Shown here in pieces: positions 19,497 through 27,196 of a stretch of DNA of 64,000 bases; position 1 is the first letter of the stretch, and the number at the start of each line of letters is the position of its first letter. The DNA lies in the NCBI GenBank assembly GCA_964409955.1, contig CAYPEY010000002.1, positions 17,620 to 81,619 on the forward strand, read 5' to 3'. The DNA comes from an uncultured Staphylococcaceae bacterium. Lineage in GTDB: Bacteria > Bacillota_I > Bacilli_A > ML615J-28 > CAG-313. The position numbers were made by a program, and so were the translations under genes. The notes beneath the pieces were generated by a model. That model worked only from the letters and a program-made list of their open reading frames with translations. It did no database searches and was not told the origin of the DNA.

Positions 19497-19931
19497 TTAT
19501 AATTTTTCAGAACCATTATCTTTTTTAATAACTTCTTGAATTAAATTTAAATAATTATCTGTAGCAGATATTGTTGGAACTTTATTTCGGACAAAACCTT
19601 GCATTATATATTTTCGCAAAATCTCTATTGCAAACCTTCTAAAAATTATCCCACGCTTACTTTTAACGCGATATCCAACAGCTAATACAACATCAAAATT
19701 ATAATATTTTACATCATTTACAATTTTGATATACTCTACATTTTTTTCTAATTCATTAACTTTATAGCTATTTCTTACATGTCGTAGTATAGTAGCTCTT
19801 TCTTTACGAAATAAAGTTGACATACCATCTAGTGTTAACCACACCGTTTCATCATTAGGCATAATTAAAACTTCAATTTCTTTTTCTCCATCTTTAAATT
19901 TTACAATTTCATAGTTTTTTTCTTCAATCAT
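19497..19931 (-). CDS. RhuM-family protein, N-terminal fragment only (144 aa; full-length RhuM is about 330 aa), likely a gene remnant
   Basis: FKDGEKEIEVLIMPNDETVWLTLDGMSTLFRKERATILRHVRN...VLAVGYRVKSKRGIIFRRFAIEILRKYIMQGF matches the RhuM N-terminal half. The region downstream is non-coding. Confidence 0.55.
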   Translation of the reverse strand: MIEEKNYEIVKFKDGEKEIEVLIMPNDETVWLTLDGMSTLFRKERATILRHVRNSYKVNELEKNVEYIKIVNDVKYYNFDVVLAVGYRVKSKRGIIFRRFAIEILRKYIMQGFVRNKVPTISATDNYLNLIQEVIKKDNGSEKL

Positions 19932-20163
19932 TTTCTTTTCCTTCCTTTTTTAAAAAATAAAAAAGCGGCCAATTAACTAAAACAAAAGTATCCTATTAAA
20001 AAATAGGATTAACTCTCATTTTATTTAATTAGCCGCGTACGTCTCTTGCGCGAATGAACTTACCGTTTATTCTTTGGACTAGTAAATCATCAATATAAAT
20101 ATTATCCCAAAAGACTAGATAATAGATTTTAAAACTTGACTTTTTACAACTTAAATTATATCA
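19929..20163. repeat. Inverted repeat, left copy (about 235 bp; pairs with 24305–24540); contains an internal 8-bp-stem hairpin ATCCTATTaaaaAATAGGAT
   Basis: The reverse complement of 24305–24540 matches this segment base for base, with one 1-nt indel near the outer end and two mismatches near the inner end. The outer end is the ATG of the RhuM-fragment gene. Confidence 0.9.
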
Positions 20164-20213
20164 ATTTTTTATAATAAATACAAGCATTTTATATATATTT
20201 TTAAATATAAAAA

Positions 20214-20236
20214 ACCTCTTTTTAAGAGGTTTAATT
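20214..20236 (-). terminator. Rho-independent terminator of the GNAT-fold gene/operon
   Basis: aacctctt-ttt-aagaggtt perfect 8-bp stem followed on the minus strand by a T-run. Confidence 0.55.
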
Positions 20237-21352
20237 TATTGTTTTTACATAAGCTCTTCTACGTTTGTGAAGAACAGAATCAAATAGCTTCCATTGATTT
20301 TGGATATTATCATTTGTTTCTAAATTAAGATTTGTTTCAGCATATTCAATATCACCATTTGATAACATCTTCATTACTTCATTTAATATAGCTGATGCAA
20401 TTCCTTTTCTTTCATATTCAGGAAGTACTCCGATTAATCCAAGGTCTAATACCTTAGGTTTTTTTATTGCTTTTAGAACTCTTGCTATTGCGCATGGTGT
20501 TAAATGACCACGAGATTTTTGAACGGCTTTTGCAAGAGATGGGAAACAAATTCCAAAGCATACAACATTATTCGCCTCATCTACTATTACCGCAACTCTT
20601 TTTAAGTCTATGATTAATTTAAAATTATCTATCATCATTTTACGAGTTGCTTTTGTAAATGGTACAGAACCATATATATCTACATATGTTTCATCAATAA
20701 TATCGAAGAATTTATCGGCATATTTTTTAATAAAATCTTTTGTGTTTTTAGCTTCGCCAAATTTTAAATTATATTTTTTCATCATCATTGAACTAATTTT
20801 ATCAAGACGTGGATCGATAGTTTTTGGCAAATATAATTTTCTTTCAGTCCAATCTACTTCTTTTTGAAAACCATAATTTTCAATTAAAGTTTGATAATAT
20901 TCATAATTATATTGTTCCTCGAAAGTTGATAGTTGATCAAACCCATCAACTAAGAGTCCTTCACGCTCAAGATCTGAAAAGCCAAGTGGTCCAACGATTG
21001 TATCCATTCCTTTGGACTTAGACCATGCTTCAACGGTTTCAAATAATTTGTTTGCAACTTCTTGATTATTAATTGCATCAAATCTAGTAAATCTAACTCG
21101 TTTTTGATTTTCTTTTTTATTAGATACATGTTGAATAATTCCAGAAATTCTACCTACTATTTTACCATCTATATATGCATTATAATACACAGCTTCTGCT
21201 TGATCTAAATAAAGATAATTCTTTTTGAAAATTTTCTTTTCATCCATATATAGTGGTGGAACAAAATAAGGATTATCCTTATATAAATTTAGAGGGAAAT
21301 TTAAAAATTCCTTTTGTTGCTTTTTAGTTTTAACTTCTTTAATTTCTACCAT
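20231..21352 (-). CDS. GNAT-fold acyl/aminoacyl-transferase-like protein (two-lobed, FemAB/Acetyltransf_6-like), uncharacterized
   Basis: The C-terminal LPEYERKGIASAILNEV resembles GNAT motif A. The N-terminal EIKEVKTKKQQKEFLNFPLNLYKDNPYFVPPL is a recurring N-terminus of about 380-aa 'GNAT family' proteins of Firmicutes. The track ORF starts at a TTG (21388) that overlaps the degV stop; the ATG at 21352 is more likely. Confidence 0.45.
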   Translation of the reverse strand: MVEIKEVKTKKQQKEFLNFPLNLYKDNPYFVPPLYMDEKKIFKKNYLYLDQAEAVYYNAYIDGKIVGRISGIIQHVSNKKENQKRVRFTRFDAINNQEVANKLFETVEAWSKSKGMDTIVGPLGFSDLEREGLLVDGFDQLSTFEEQYNYEYYQTLIENYGFQKEVDWTERKLYLPKTIDPRLDKISSMMMKKYNLKFGEAKNTKDFIKKYADKFFDIIDETYVDIYGSVPFTKATRKMMIDNFKLIIDLKRVAVIVDEANNVVCFGICFPSLAKAVQKSRGHLTPCAIARVLKAIKKPKVLDLGLIGVLPEYERKGIASAILNEVMKMLSNGDIEYAETNLNLETNDNIQNQWKLFDSVLHKRRRAYVKTIN

Positions 21353-21362
21353 ATTAAAAAGC

Positions 21363-22232
21363 CTATTTATGTTTTGCGTAGAATGCAACTCCTACTGTAT
21401 CAGGTCCACAATGACTTCCTGCAGTTGGATTAACAACAACATATTCAATATTTAAATTATTGCCATATTTTGCTTTTAACATTTCACCTAGTTTTTCAGC
21501 TAAATGAAGTGAATCAGTATGTCCAATAATTATTCGATGTTTATCTATATCAACACTTAAATTTTCAACATATTCAAGAAGTTTATTTAAAGCAGTAACT
21601 CTACCTCTTGATTTTGCAATGTTAGTCATTGTACCATTATCGTCCATATAGATAATTGGTTTAATCCCAATTACTCCACCCATGATTGCTGCAATATTAG
21701 TGACACGACCACTTCTTCTAAAGAACTTTAAGTTATCAGCAAAAAAGTAAGTTGCAAAGTGTTTTACTTCTTTATCAGCCCACGCCATTATATCTTCAAT
21801 TGAACTACCATTTTTATACATATCACCAATTTCTTTTACAATTATATTACTTAAAATTGTTATCCCCATTGTGTCAATTGTATAAAATTTTCGATCAGGA
21901 TATTTTTCATGTAATTCTTCAACCGCAATATTCATTGCGTTGAAAGTTCCACTCATTGCGCGAGAAAAATGAACATAAAGTATATCATTACCTTTTGCAA
22001 ATTCAGGTTCAAAGTATTCCATATAAGTAACAGGACTTATTGCGCAAGTAGAAGGAAGCGCCCCTTCTCTTAGAGTATCATAAAATGTTTTATAATCAAA
22101 AACTTCAAAATCTTCATATGGCTTAATTTCTTTACCATCTATCACATATGGCATACTAATCAATTTATATCCGTATTCTTTTGCCTCTTGCAAAGTAATA
22201 TCAGTATCAGTATCTGTAAATAATGTTAACAT
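21363..22232 (-). CDS. DegV-family fatty-acid-binding protein
   Basis: FTDTDTDITLQEAKEYGYKLISMPYVIDGKE...ILYVHFSRAMSGTFNAMNIA is typical DegV. Strong RBS GGAGGA. Confidence 0.8.
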   Translation of the reverse strand: MLTLFTDTDTDITLQEAKEYGYKLISMPYVIDGKEIKPYEDFEVFDYKTFYDTLREGALPSTCAISPVTYMEYFEPEFAKGNDILYVHFSRAMSGTFNAMNIAVEELHEKYPDRKFYTIDTMGITILSNIIVKEIGDMYKNGSSIEDIMAWADKEVKHFATYFFADNLKFFRRSGRVTNIAAIMGGVIGIKPIIYMDDNGTMTNIAKSRGRVTALNKLLEYVENLSVDIDKHRIIIGHTDSLHLAEKLGEMLKAKYGNNLNIEYVVVNPTAGSHCGPDTVGVAFYAKHK

Positions 22233-22353
22233 AATTAATCCTCCAAATATTTTATTTTATAATAAGATATCCTTCCTAGATTAATTATACTAAATTAACT
22301 TCAATCAAAAATCAACTAAATTTCAACTTTTGTTGACAAAATTCGACATCTAG

Positions 22354-23403
22354 CTATTTTAATTTAACTGTAAATTTGCATCCTTTATCTTGTAAATTTT
22401 CAACATTGATACTACCTTCATGAATATCAATTATCTTTTTAACTAAAGAAAGGCCAAGCCCATTTCCCTCACTTTTATGAGATGTATCTATTTGATAAAA
22501 CTTATTAAAGATAAAATCTATTGATTCTCCCTTAATACCTGGCCCTTCATCTTCTATTGTAAATATAATTTCATCACCAATATTCTTTAAGGTAATTTTA
22601 ATAATAGCACTCTTTGGTCCGAATTTAATCGCATTGTCGATTAAATTATTCCACACATGCATCATTAAACTTTCACTACCTGTAAATTTTACTTCATCTA
22701 AATCAACATCAAATTCAACATTCTTTTCCATCCATTTAGGTTCTAAAAACAAAATAGATTGTCTAATTTGTTCATCTAATGAATATTCATTTTTCTTAAA
22801 ATTAATTGCTTGATTATCAATTTTAGAAAGTAGTAATATATTTTGAATAAGCTCATTCATCCTTCTTGCGTTGAAATGGATTTTTTCAATATATTCCTTT
22901 CTTTCAATTTCAGTAATATTATCATCTGAAAGTAGTGTTGCATAACCATCTATTGCATTAAGTGGAGTTTTAAATTCATGAGATACGTTAGATATAAAAT
23001 CTGATTGAATAGTTTCAGTAGCAGAAAGTTCTTTCATCATTAAATTAAAATAGTGTTTCATATCTTCGATTTCATCGAAGATACTCTTTTCATTAGCACG
23101 AATGTTTAAATTACCATTAGCAACTTCATTCATTAAATCTTTTAATTCTTTAATTGGATTAATTAAGCTTTTACCGATAAAAAAGGCTAAAATTAATCCT
23201 ACTATTAAACTCACTGTAAAAGTGATTAAATAATTAGGTATTTCTATATCTTCTGATAATAATAGATTTAATACTTCATTAAATGCTGATCCAATACTAA
23301 TTGCGCTAGCAATTACAATCATACTAAATAGTACAAAATAAAATTTAAAACTTTGTCTTTTTTTAGTTTTCCAACTACGATAATTAAACTTTATCTTTTT
23401 CAC
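22354..23403 (-). CDS. Sensor histidine kinase, intramembrane-sensing type (two N-terminal TM helices with a loop of about 20 aa, no extracellular sensor domain)
   Basis: H-box SHEFKTPLNAI; G-boxes GNGLGLSLVKKII. The GTG start overlaps the RR stop codon (GTGA). Confidence 0.8.
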   Translation of the reverse strand: MKKIKFNYRSWKTKKRQSFKFYFVLFSMIVIASAISIGSAFNEVLNLLLSEDIEIPNYLITFTVSLIVGLILAFFIGKSLINPIKELKDLMNEVANGNLNIRANEKSIFDEIEDMKHYFNLMMKELSATETIQSDFISNVSHEFKTPLNAIDGYATLLSDDNITEIERKEYIEKIHFNARRMNELIQNILLLSKIDNQAINFKKNEYSLDEQIRQSILFLEPKWMEKNVEFDVDLDEVKFTGSESLMMHVWNNLIDNAIKFGPKSAIIKITLKNIGDEIIFTIEDEGPGIKGESIDFIFNKFYQIDTSHKSEGNGLGLSLVKKIIDIHEGSINVENLQDKGCKFTVKLK

Positions 23404-24071
23404 TTTTTTACCACCTTATATCCAAGACCTCTCATAGTTACAATTTCAAAGTCGGGATTATCTTTAAATTTTTTTCTAAGACGCTCTATATGTACATCTA
23501 CCGTATGCATATCACTATCAGAATCAAATCCCCAAATATCCATCATTAATTGTTGTCTTGTAAATATTTTACCAGGATATGTTACCATCTTATAAAGGAC
23601 TTGAAATTCCTTTAGAGGAAGCTCTACTTTTTCTCCATTCGATATAACTATAAAAGAATCATATTCAAGTACTGTATTACCAATTATTTGGCGTCTTTCA
23701 CTAGTCATTTTGGCGCGTCTTAAAAGAGCTTCTGCTCTTATTACCATTTCATTAACATTAACAGGTTTTGTCATATAATCATCACTACCCGATAAAAAAC
23801 CTAGTCTCATATCTGAGAAAGATGTTTTTGCGGTGATCATCATTACTGGAATTGTTGATCCTGATTCTCTTAATGAACTAACAAGCTCATACCCATCCAT
23901 CTCCGGCATCATTATATCACTAATAATTAAATCATAATAATTTTTATCAAGTTCATCTAGTGCTTCTTTTCCGTTTGAAACAGTTTTTACTAAATAACCT
24001 TTCTTAATAAATACACTTTGAAATAGTTGTCTTAATTCTCTATCGTCTTCTGCAATTAATATCTTATTCAT
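23400..24071 (-). CDS. OmpR-family response regulator
   Basis: KILIAEDDRELRQLF...DLIISDIMMPEMDGYEL receiver domain plus a C-terminal winged-helix (RGLGYKVVKK). RBS GGGAG. Confidence 0.85.
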   Translation of the reverse strand: MNKILIAEDDRELRQLFQSVFIKKGYLVKTVSNGKEALDELDKNYYDLIISDIMMPEMDGYELVSSLRESGSTIPVMMITAKTSFSDMRLGFLSGSDDYMTKPVNVNEMVIRAEALLRRAKMTSERRQIIGNTVLEYDSFIVISNGEKVELPLKEFQVLYKMVTYPGKIFTRQQLMMDIWGFDSDSDMHTVDVHIERLRKKFKDNPDFEIVTMRGLGYKVVKK

Positions 24072-24101
24072 AATAAACTCCCATTTACACTAATTATATT
24101 T

Positions 24102-24130
24102 ATTATAACATATATATATCTTTTTTGCAA
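24102..24130 (-). promoter_or_regulatory. Sigma-A-type promoter of the RR-HK-degV-GNAT operon
   Basis: On the minus strand: TTGCAA, 17 nt spacer, TATAAT, about 30 nt upstream of the RR start codon. Confidence 0.5.
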
Positions 24131-24190
24131 AAATTAACATATCTAAAATATAACAAAAAAATTATTTTTTTGTTATAATATATATACCAA

Positions 24191-24265
24191 GTCCCTGTAG
24201 TTAAATGGACATAACGAGGTCCTCCTAAGACCTTATTGCAGGTTCGATTCCCGCCGGGGACGCCA
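24191..24265 (+). tRNA. tRNA-Arg (anticodon CCT)
   Basis: Hand-folded cloverleaf: acceptor GTCCCTG/CGGGGAC (one G·U pair), D-arm GTTA..TAAC, anticodon stem AGGTC/GACCT with loop CTCCTAA (U33, CCT, A37), T-arm GCAGG-TTCGATT-CCCGC (one A·C mismatch), discriminator G and encoded CCA. Confidence 0.75.
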
Positions 24266-24304
24266 TATATTTTTTTAACATTATTTTTGATTTCAAAAAG
24301 AAAA

Positions 24305-24540
24305 TATGATATAATTTAAAATGTAAAAAGTCAAGTTTTAAAATCTATTATCTAGTCTTTTGGGATAATATTTATATTGATGATTTACTAGTCCAAAGAA
24401 TAAACGGTAAGTTCATTCGCGCAAGAGACGTACGCGGCTAATTAAATAAAATGAGAGTTAATCCTATTTTTTAATAGGATACTTTTGTTTTAGTTAATTG
24501 GCCGCTTTTTTATTTTTTAAAAAAGGAAGGAAAAGAAATG
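24305..24540. repeat. Inverted repeat, right copy (pairs with 19929–20163); the outer end is the ATG of the AlbA_2-family gene
   Basis: See left copy; the identical sequence includes AAAAGCGGCCAATTAACTAAAACAAAAGTATCCTATTAAAAAATAGGATTAACTCTCATTTTATTTAATTAGCCGCGTACGTCTCTTGCGCGAATGAAC... Confidence 0.9.
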
Positions 24541-25923
24541 TTACATAAATTAATAGTAGAATGTTCAGATTATGATTTTAAAGAAAAATTAGAAATTAAT
24601 AAGCCAAAAAGTTGGTTAAAGAGTGTCTCAGCATTTGCAAATGGAATCGGTGGTACCTTATTCTTTGGTATAGCAGATGACAAAAATTTAGTTGGTATTG
24701 ATAACCATCAATATATATGTGAAAAAATTTCCGAATTAATTAATTCACGAATCGACCCTATACCTACTTATACAATTAATCCATATAGTGAAGATGGTGT
24801 TATCTTTTTAGCATTAAATGTATCTCCTGGTCCTTTAACACCTTATTGTTATTCATCTAATGGTATAACAGAAGCATATATTAGATGTGGGAACCAAACA
24901 ATTAAAGCACCAGGATATGTTTATGCTGAATTAGTATTAAAAGGTAAAAATAAAACGTATGATTCTCTTATTACCCATTATTTAAAAAAAGATTATTCTT
25001 TTACTTTTTTTGAAGCAACTTTTTTTGAAAGAACCCTAACAAGAATTAAAAATTCTGACTATATTTCTTTTTCACTAGCAACTGATGATGGATATTTAAC
25101 AAATGCAGGTGTATTATTTTCAGACCAAAATATATACAGACATAATCGAATTTTTTGTACTAGATGGAATGGATTAACTAAAACTTCTCTTGAAGAGGCT
25201 TCTGATGATAATGAATATACTGGTGGAATTGTAAAGTTACTTGATTCAGCACTTAATTTTGTAAAAATTAATACTAAGAAAAAATGGAAAAAAGAACCAA
25301 GTGGTAGGGTTGAAATGCCTGAATATGATGAAATAGCGGTAAAAGAAACTATAGTAAATGCATTAATACACAGACAATATACTAATCTAGGTTCAGAAGT
25401 AACAGTAGATATATATGATGATAGAATCGAAATCACATCTCCAGGACCACTAGCTTCTGGCCATCAAATAAATAAAGAAATCAAAAATACAATACCATCC
25501 ATAAGAAAAAATCCTATACTTGCAGATGTATTTGTTAGAATGAAATATATGGATCGTCGCGGAAGTGGGTTTGATAAAATAATTAATGGAACAAACAGAT
25601 TATTTAAAGATAATAATAATCATGTAGAAATTTTTGCGACAGATATATATTTTAGAGTGGTCATCTATAATGCAAATTATGAAATTGACAATATAAATGG
25701 CAACACAAATGACGATATAAATGGCGATATAAATTTAACAAAAAATGCAAAAATAATATTAAAAGCAATCATCGAAAATCCCTGCATTACAAGATATGAA
25801 TTAGCAAAAATTATCAACAAATCCGAAAGAACAATAGATAGGTTAATTAAAGAATTAAAATTAAATGGCTATATTAGCGAAAAAGAAATATATAAAACAG
25901 GTAATTGGAAAATAATCAAATAA
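24538..25923 (+). CDS. AlbA_2 (Schlafen-like) DNA-binding domain + HATPase_c_4 (RecG C-terminal-like) + C-terminal wHTH protein; putative ATP-binding transcriptional regulator often found in defence islands
   Basis: KSWLKSVSAFANGIGGTLFFGIADDKNLVGI (AlbA_2 signature). ETIVNALIHRQYTNLGSEVTVDIYDDRIEITSPG (HATPase_c_4 signature). Confidence 0.65.
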   Translation: MLHKLIVECSDYDFKEKLEINKPKSWLKSVSAFANGIGGTLFFGIADDKNLVGIDNHQYICEKISELINSRIDPIPTYTINPYSEDGVIFLALNVSPGPLTPYCYSSNGITEAYIRCGNQTIKAPGYVYAELVLKGKNKTYDSLITHYLKKDYSFTFFEATFFERTLTRIKNSDYISFSLATDDGYLTNAGVLFSDQNIYRHNRIFCTRWNGLTKTSLEEASDDNEYTGGIVKLLDSALNFVKINTKKKWKKEPSGRVEMPEYDEIAVKETIVNALIHRQYTNLGSEVTVDIYDDRIEITSPGPLASGHQINKEIKNTIPSIRKNPILADVFVRMKYMDRRGSGFDKIINGTNRLFKDNNNHVEIFATDIYFRVVIYNANYEIDNINGNTNDDINGDINLTKNAKIILKAIIENPCITRYELAKIINKSERTIDRLIKELKLNGYISEKEIYKTGNWKIIK

Positions 25924-25937
25924 TTACTAAGTATAAT
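25908..25937 (+). repeat. Direct repeat copy A (gaaaataatcaaataattactaagtataat), covering the last codons and stop of the AlbA_2 gene
   Basis: Matches 26991–27021 with a single 1-nt indel. Confidence 0.8.
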
Positions 25938-26085
25938 TAATGTTTAAATGATAAAGATATAAGATAAATTATTTTTCATAAAAAAACTATAAATATGTGT
26001 ATTATTACTACATATAATATTAGTATATTAAAAACTTTACAAAAGAATTAACATATGATATCATATGTATATAAGAGGTGATACT

Positions 26086-26541
26086 ATGCCATTTAATCAA
26101 AATGAATATATATCAAATTTCAATAAGAATAATTATAAAATGTATCAATTTAGGGTTAAGAAATCAGACACTAATATTATTAATCATTTAGATAATATAG
26201 AAAATAGAAATGGTTATATTGTTTCTTTAATTAATACTGATATAAATAATTCTATTTATACAATAAAAGAAATTAAGAATATTATTAAACCAATTCTTAA
26301 TAAACACGGAATAACAGAAATTTATCTTTTTGGATCATACGCTAGAGGAGAGGCAAAAGAGTCAAGTGATATTGATATTTATTGTAATAAAGGAAATATT
26401 AAAACATTTATAGATCAAGGGTTACTTGAAGATGAATTAGAAACATCTTTAAATAAAAAGGTTGATATTATATTTGATTCATCTTATATTGATGAATATT
26501 TTAAAAAACAAATAATGGAGGATATGATTAAATTATGTTAG
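26086..26541 (+). CDS. mntA: MntA-type nucleotidyltransferase antitoxin (Pol-beta superfamily)
   Basis: EIYLFGSYARGEAKESSDIDIY (GS-x9-DxD NTase motif). The true start is the second ATG of the track ORF, preceded by the AAGAGGTGA RBS. Overlaps the downstream HepT-like gene by 7 nt. Confidence 0.7.
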   Translation: MPFNQNEYISNFNKNNYKMYQFRVKKSDTNIINHLDNIENRNGYIVSLINTDINNSIYTIKEIKNIIKPILNKHGITEIYLFGSYARGEAKESSDIDIYCNKGNIKTFIDQGLLEDELETSLNKKVDIIFDSSYIDEYFKKQIMEDMIKLC

Positions 26542-26870
26542 GGGTTAAAGATAGAGGGATATTGTTACAAATTATTAAAAGATGTAATCGTATTATTGAA
26601 AAAATATCCGATATAAATGAAACAGAATTTGCTTTAAATGATGACATTGAAGAAGTTATTTGTTTTAATTTATTTCAAATTGGAGAATTAGCTAATGGTT
26701 TATCAGTTGAATTTGTAAAAGAATATAATAAGATTCCTTGGAAACAGATAATTGGTATGAGAAACAGAATTGTTTATGGATATGATACTATTAATTTAGA
26801 AATAGTTTGGAATACAGCAAACGAAAGTATTCTTGAATTAAAAGATTATTGTAAGAACATTTTAAAATAA
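26535..26870 (+). CDS. hepT: HepT-like / DUF86 toxin (putative RNase of the HepT-MntA module)
   Basis: 111 aa. The GMRNRIVYGYD region corresponds to the DUF86 Rx4HxY motif, with Tyr where His is expected. Coupled to the MntA gene. Confidence 0.6.
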   Translation: MLGVKDRGILLQIIKRCNRIIEKISDINETEFALNDDIEEVICFNLFQIGELANGLSVEFVKEYNKIPWKQIIGMRNRIVYGYDTINLEIVWNTANESILELKDYCKNILK

Positions 26871-26990
26871 GAATTTTTTGCTTGTTACAAAAATTAGGTC
26901 ATTCCTACAAAAGATACATTTTAAGAAACCTGTAGATCTTCTAGTAGAGTAGATCTATTTTTTATTTTATAGCGTATCTAGAAGTGCGAT

Positions 26991-27021
26991 GAAAATAATC
27001 AAATAATTACTAAAGTATAAT
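26991..27021 (+). repeat. Direct repeat copy B (gaaaataatcaaataattactaaagtataat), immediately followed by the terminator
   Basis: Matches 25908–25937. Confidence 0.8.
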
Positions 27022-27052
27022 AAAATCCTGTTCTTATGAACAGGATTTTTAT
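27022..27052. terminator. Bidirectional rho-independent terminator (thiN operon on the minus strand; original terminator of the AlbA_2 gene on the plus strand)
   Basis: aaaatcctgttc-ttat-gaacaggatttt perfect 12-bp stem with an A-run before and a T-run after. Confidence 0.7.
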
Positions 27053-27196
27053 ATTGATTATTCTTTTTCTTTTGAAAATAATTTAAGAAAAAAGCAAATT
27101 ATTTTTGAAAGAAATCTTGGTAATTTAATAATACGAAAATGCATAAGAATCCTCCTAGTTATTACATTATATGTGCTAGGAGATTAAATATTCATT

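Noticed and set aside
21353-21388. N-terminal extension MHSTQNINRLFN of the GNAT-fold ORF, and similar extensions on the rsmB, activase, kinase and abiEi ORFs
   Set aside because: The track starts these at TTG or GTG codons that overlap the preceding gene. In each case an ATG with a good Shine-Dalgarno sequence lies a few codons downstream, so the shorter ATG-initiated forms were reported.
22233-22353. Plus-strand TTGACA-N17-TATTTT promoter-like match in the degV–HK intergenic region
   Set aside because: It points into the antisense strand of the histidine kinase gene with no plus-strand gene downstream. It is probably a chance match in AT-rich spacer. A minus-strand TATAAT in the same spacer is the more plausible internal promoter for degV.
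19929-24540. Interpretation of the inverted-repeat-bracketed segment as a composite transposon or insertion sequence
   Set aside because: No transposase or integrase ORF is present inside or beside it. Arms of 235 bp are far longer than IS terminal inverted repeats and contain functional promoter and RBS sequence for the flanking genes. Invertible segment or duplicated promoter element is more parsimonious.
26871-27021. Possible small RNA or terminator hairpin (tagatc...gatcta) downstream of hepT
   Set aside because: It has only a 6-bp AT-rich stem with a 13-nt loop, which is weak compared with the genuine 12-bp terminator 60 nt further on. It is more likely part of the inserted cassette's end than a functional element.
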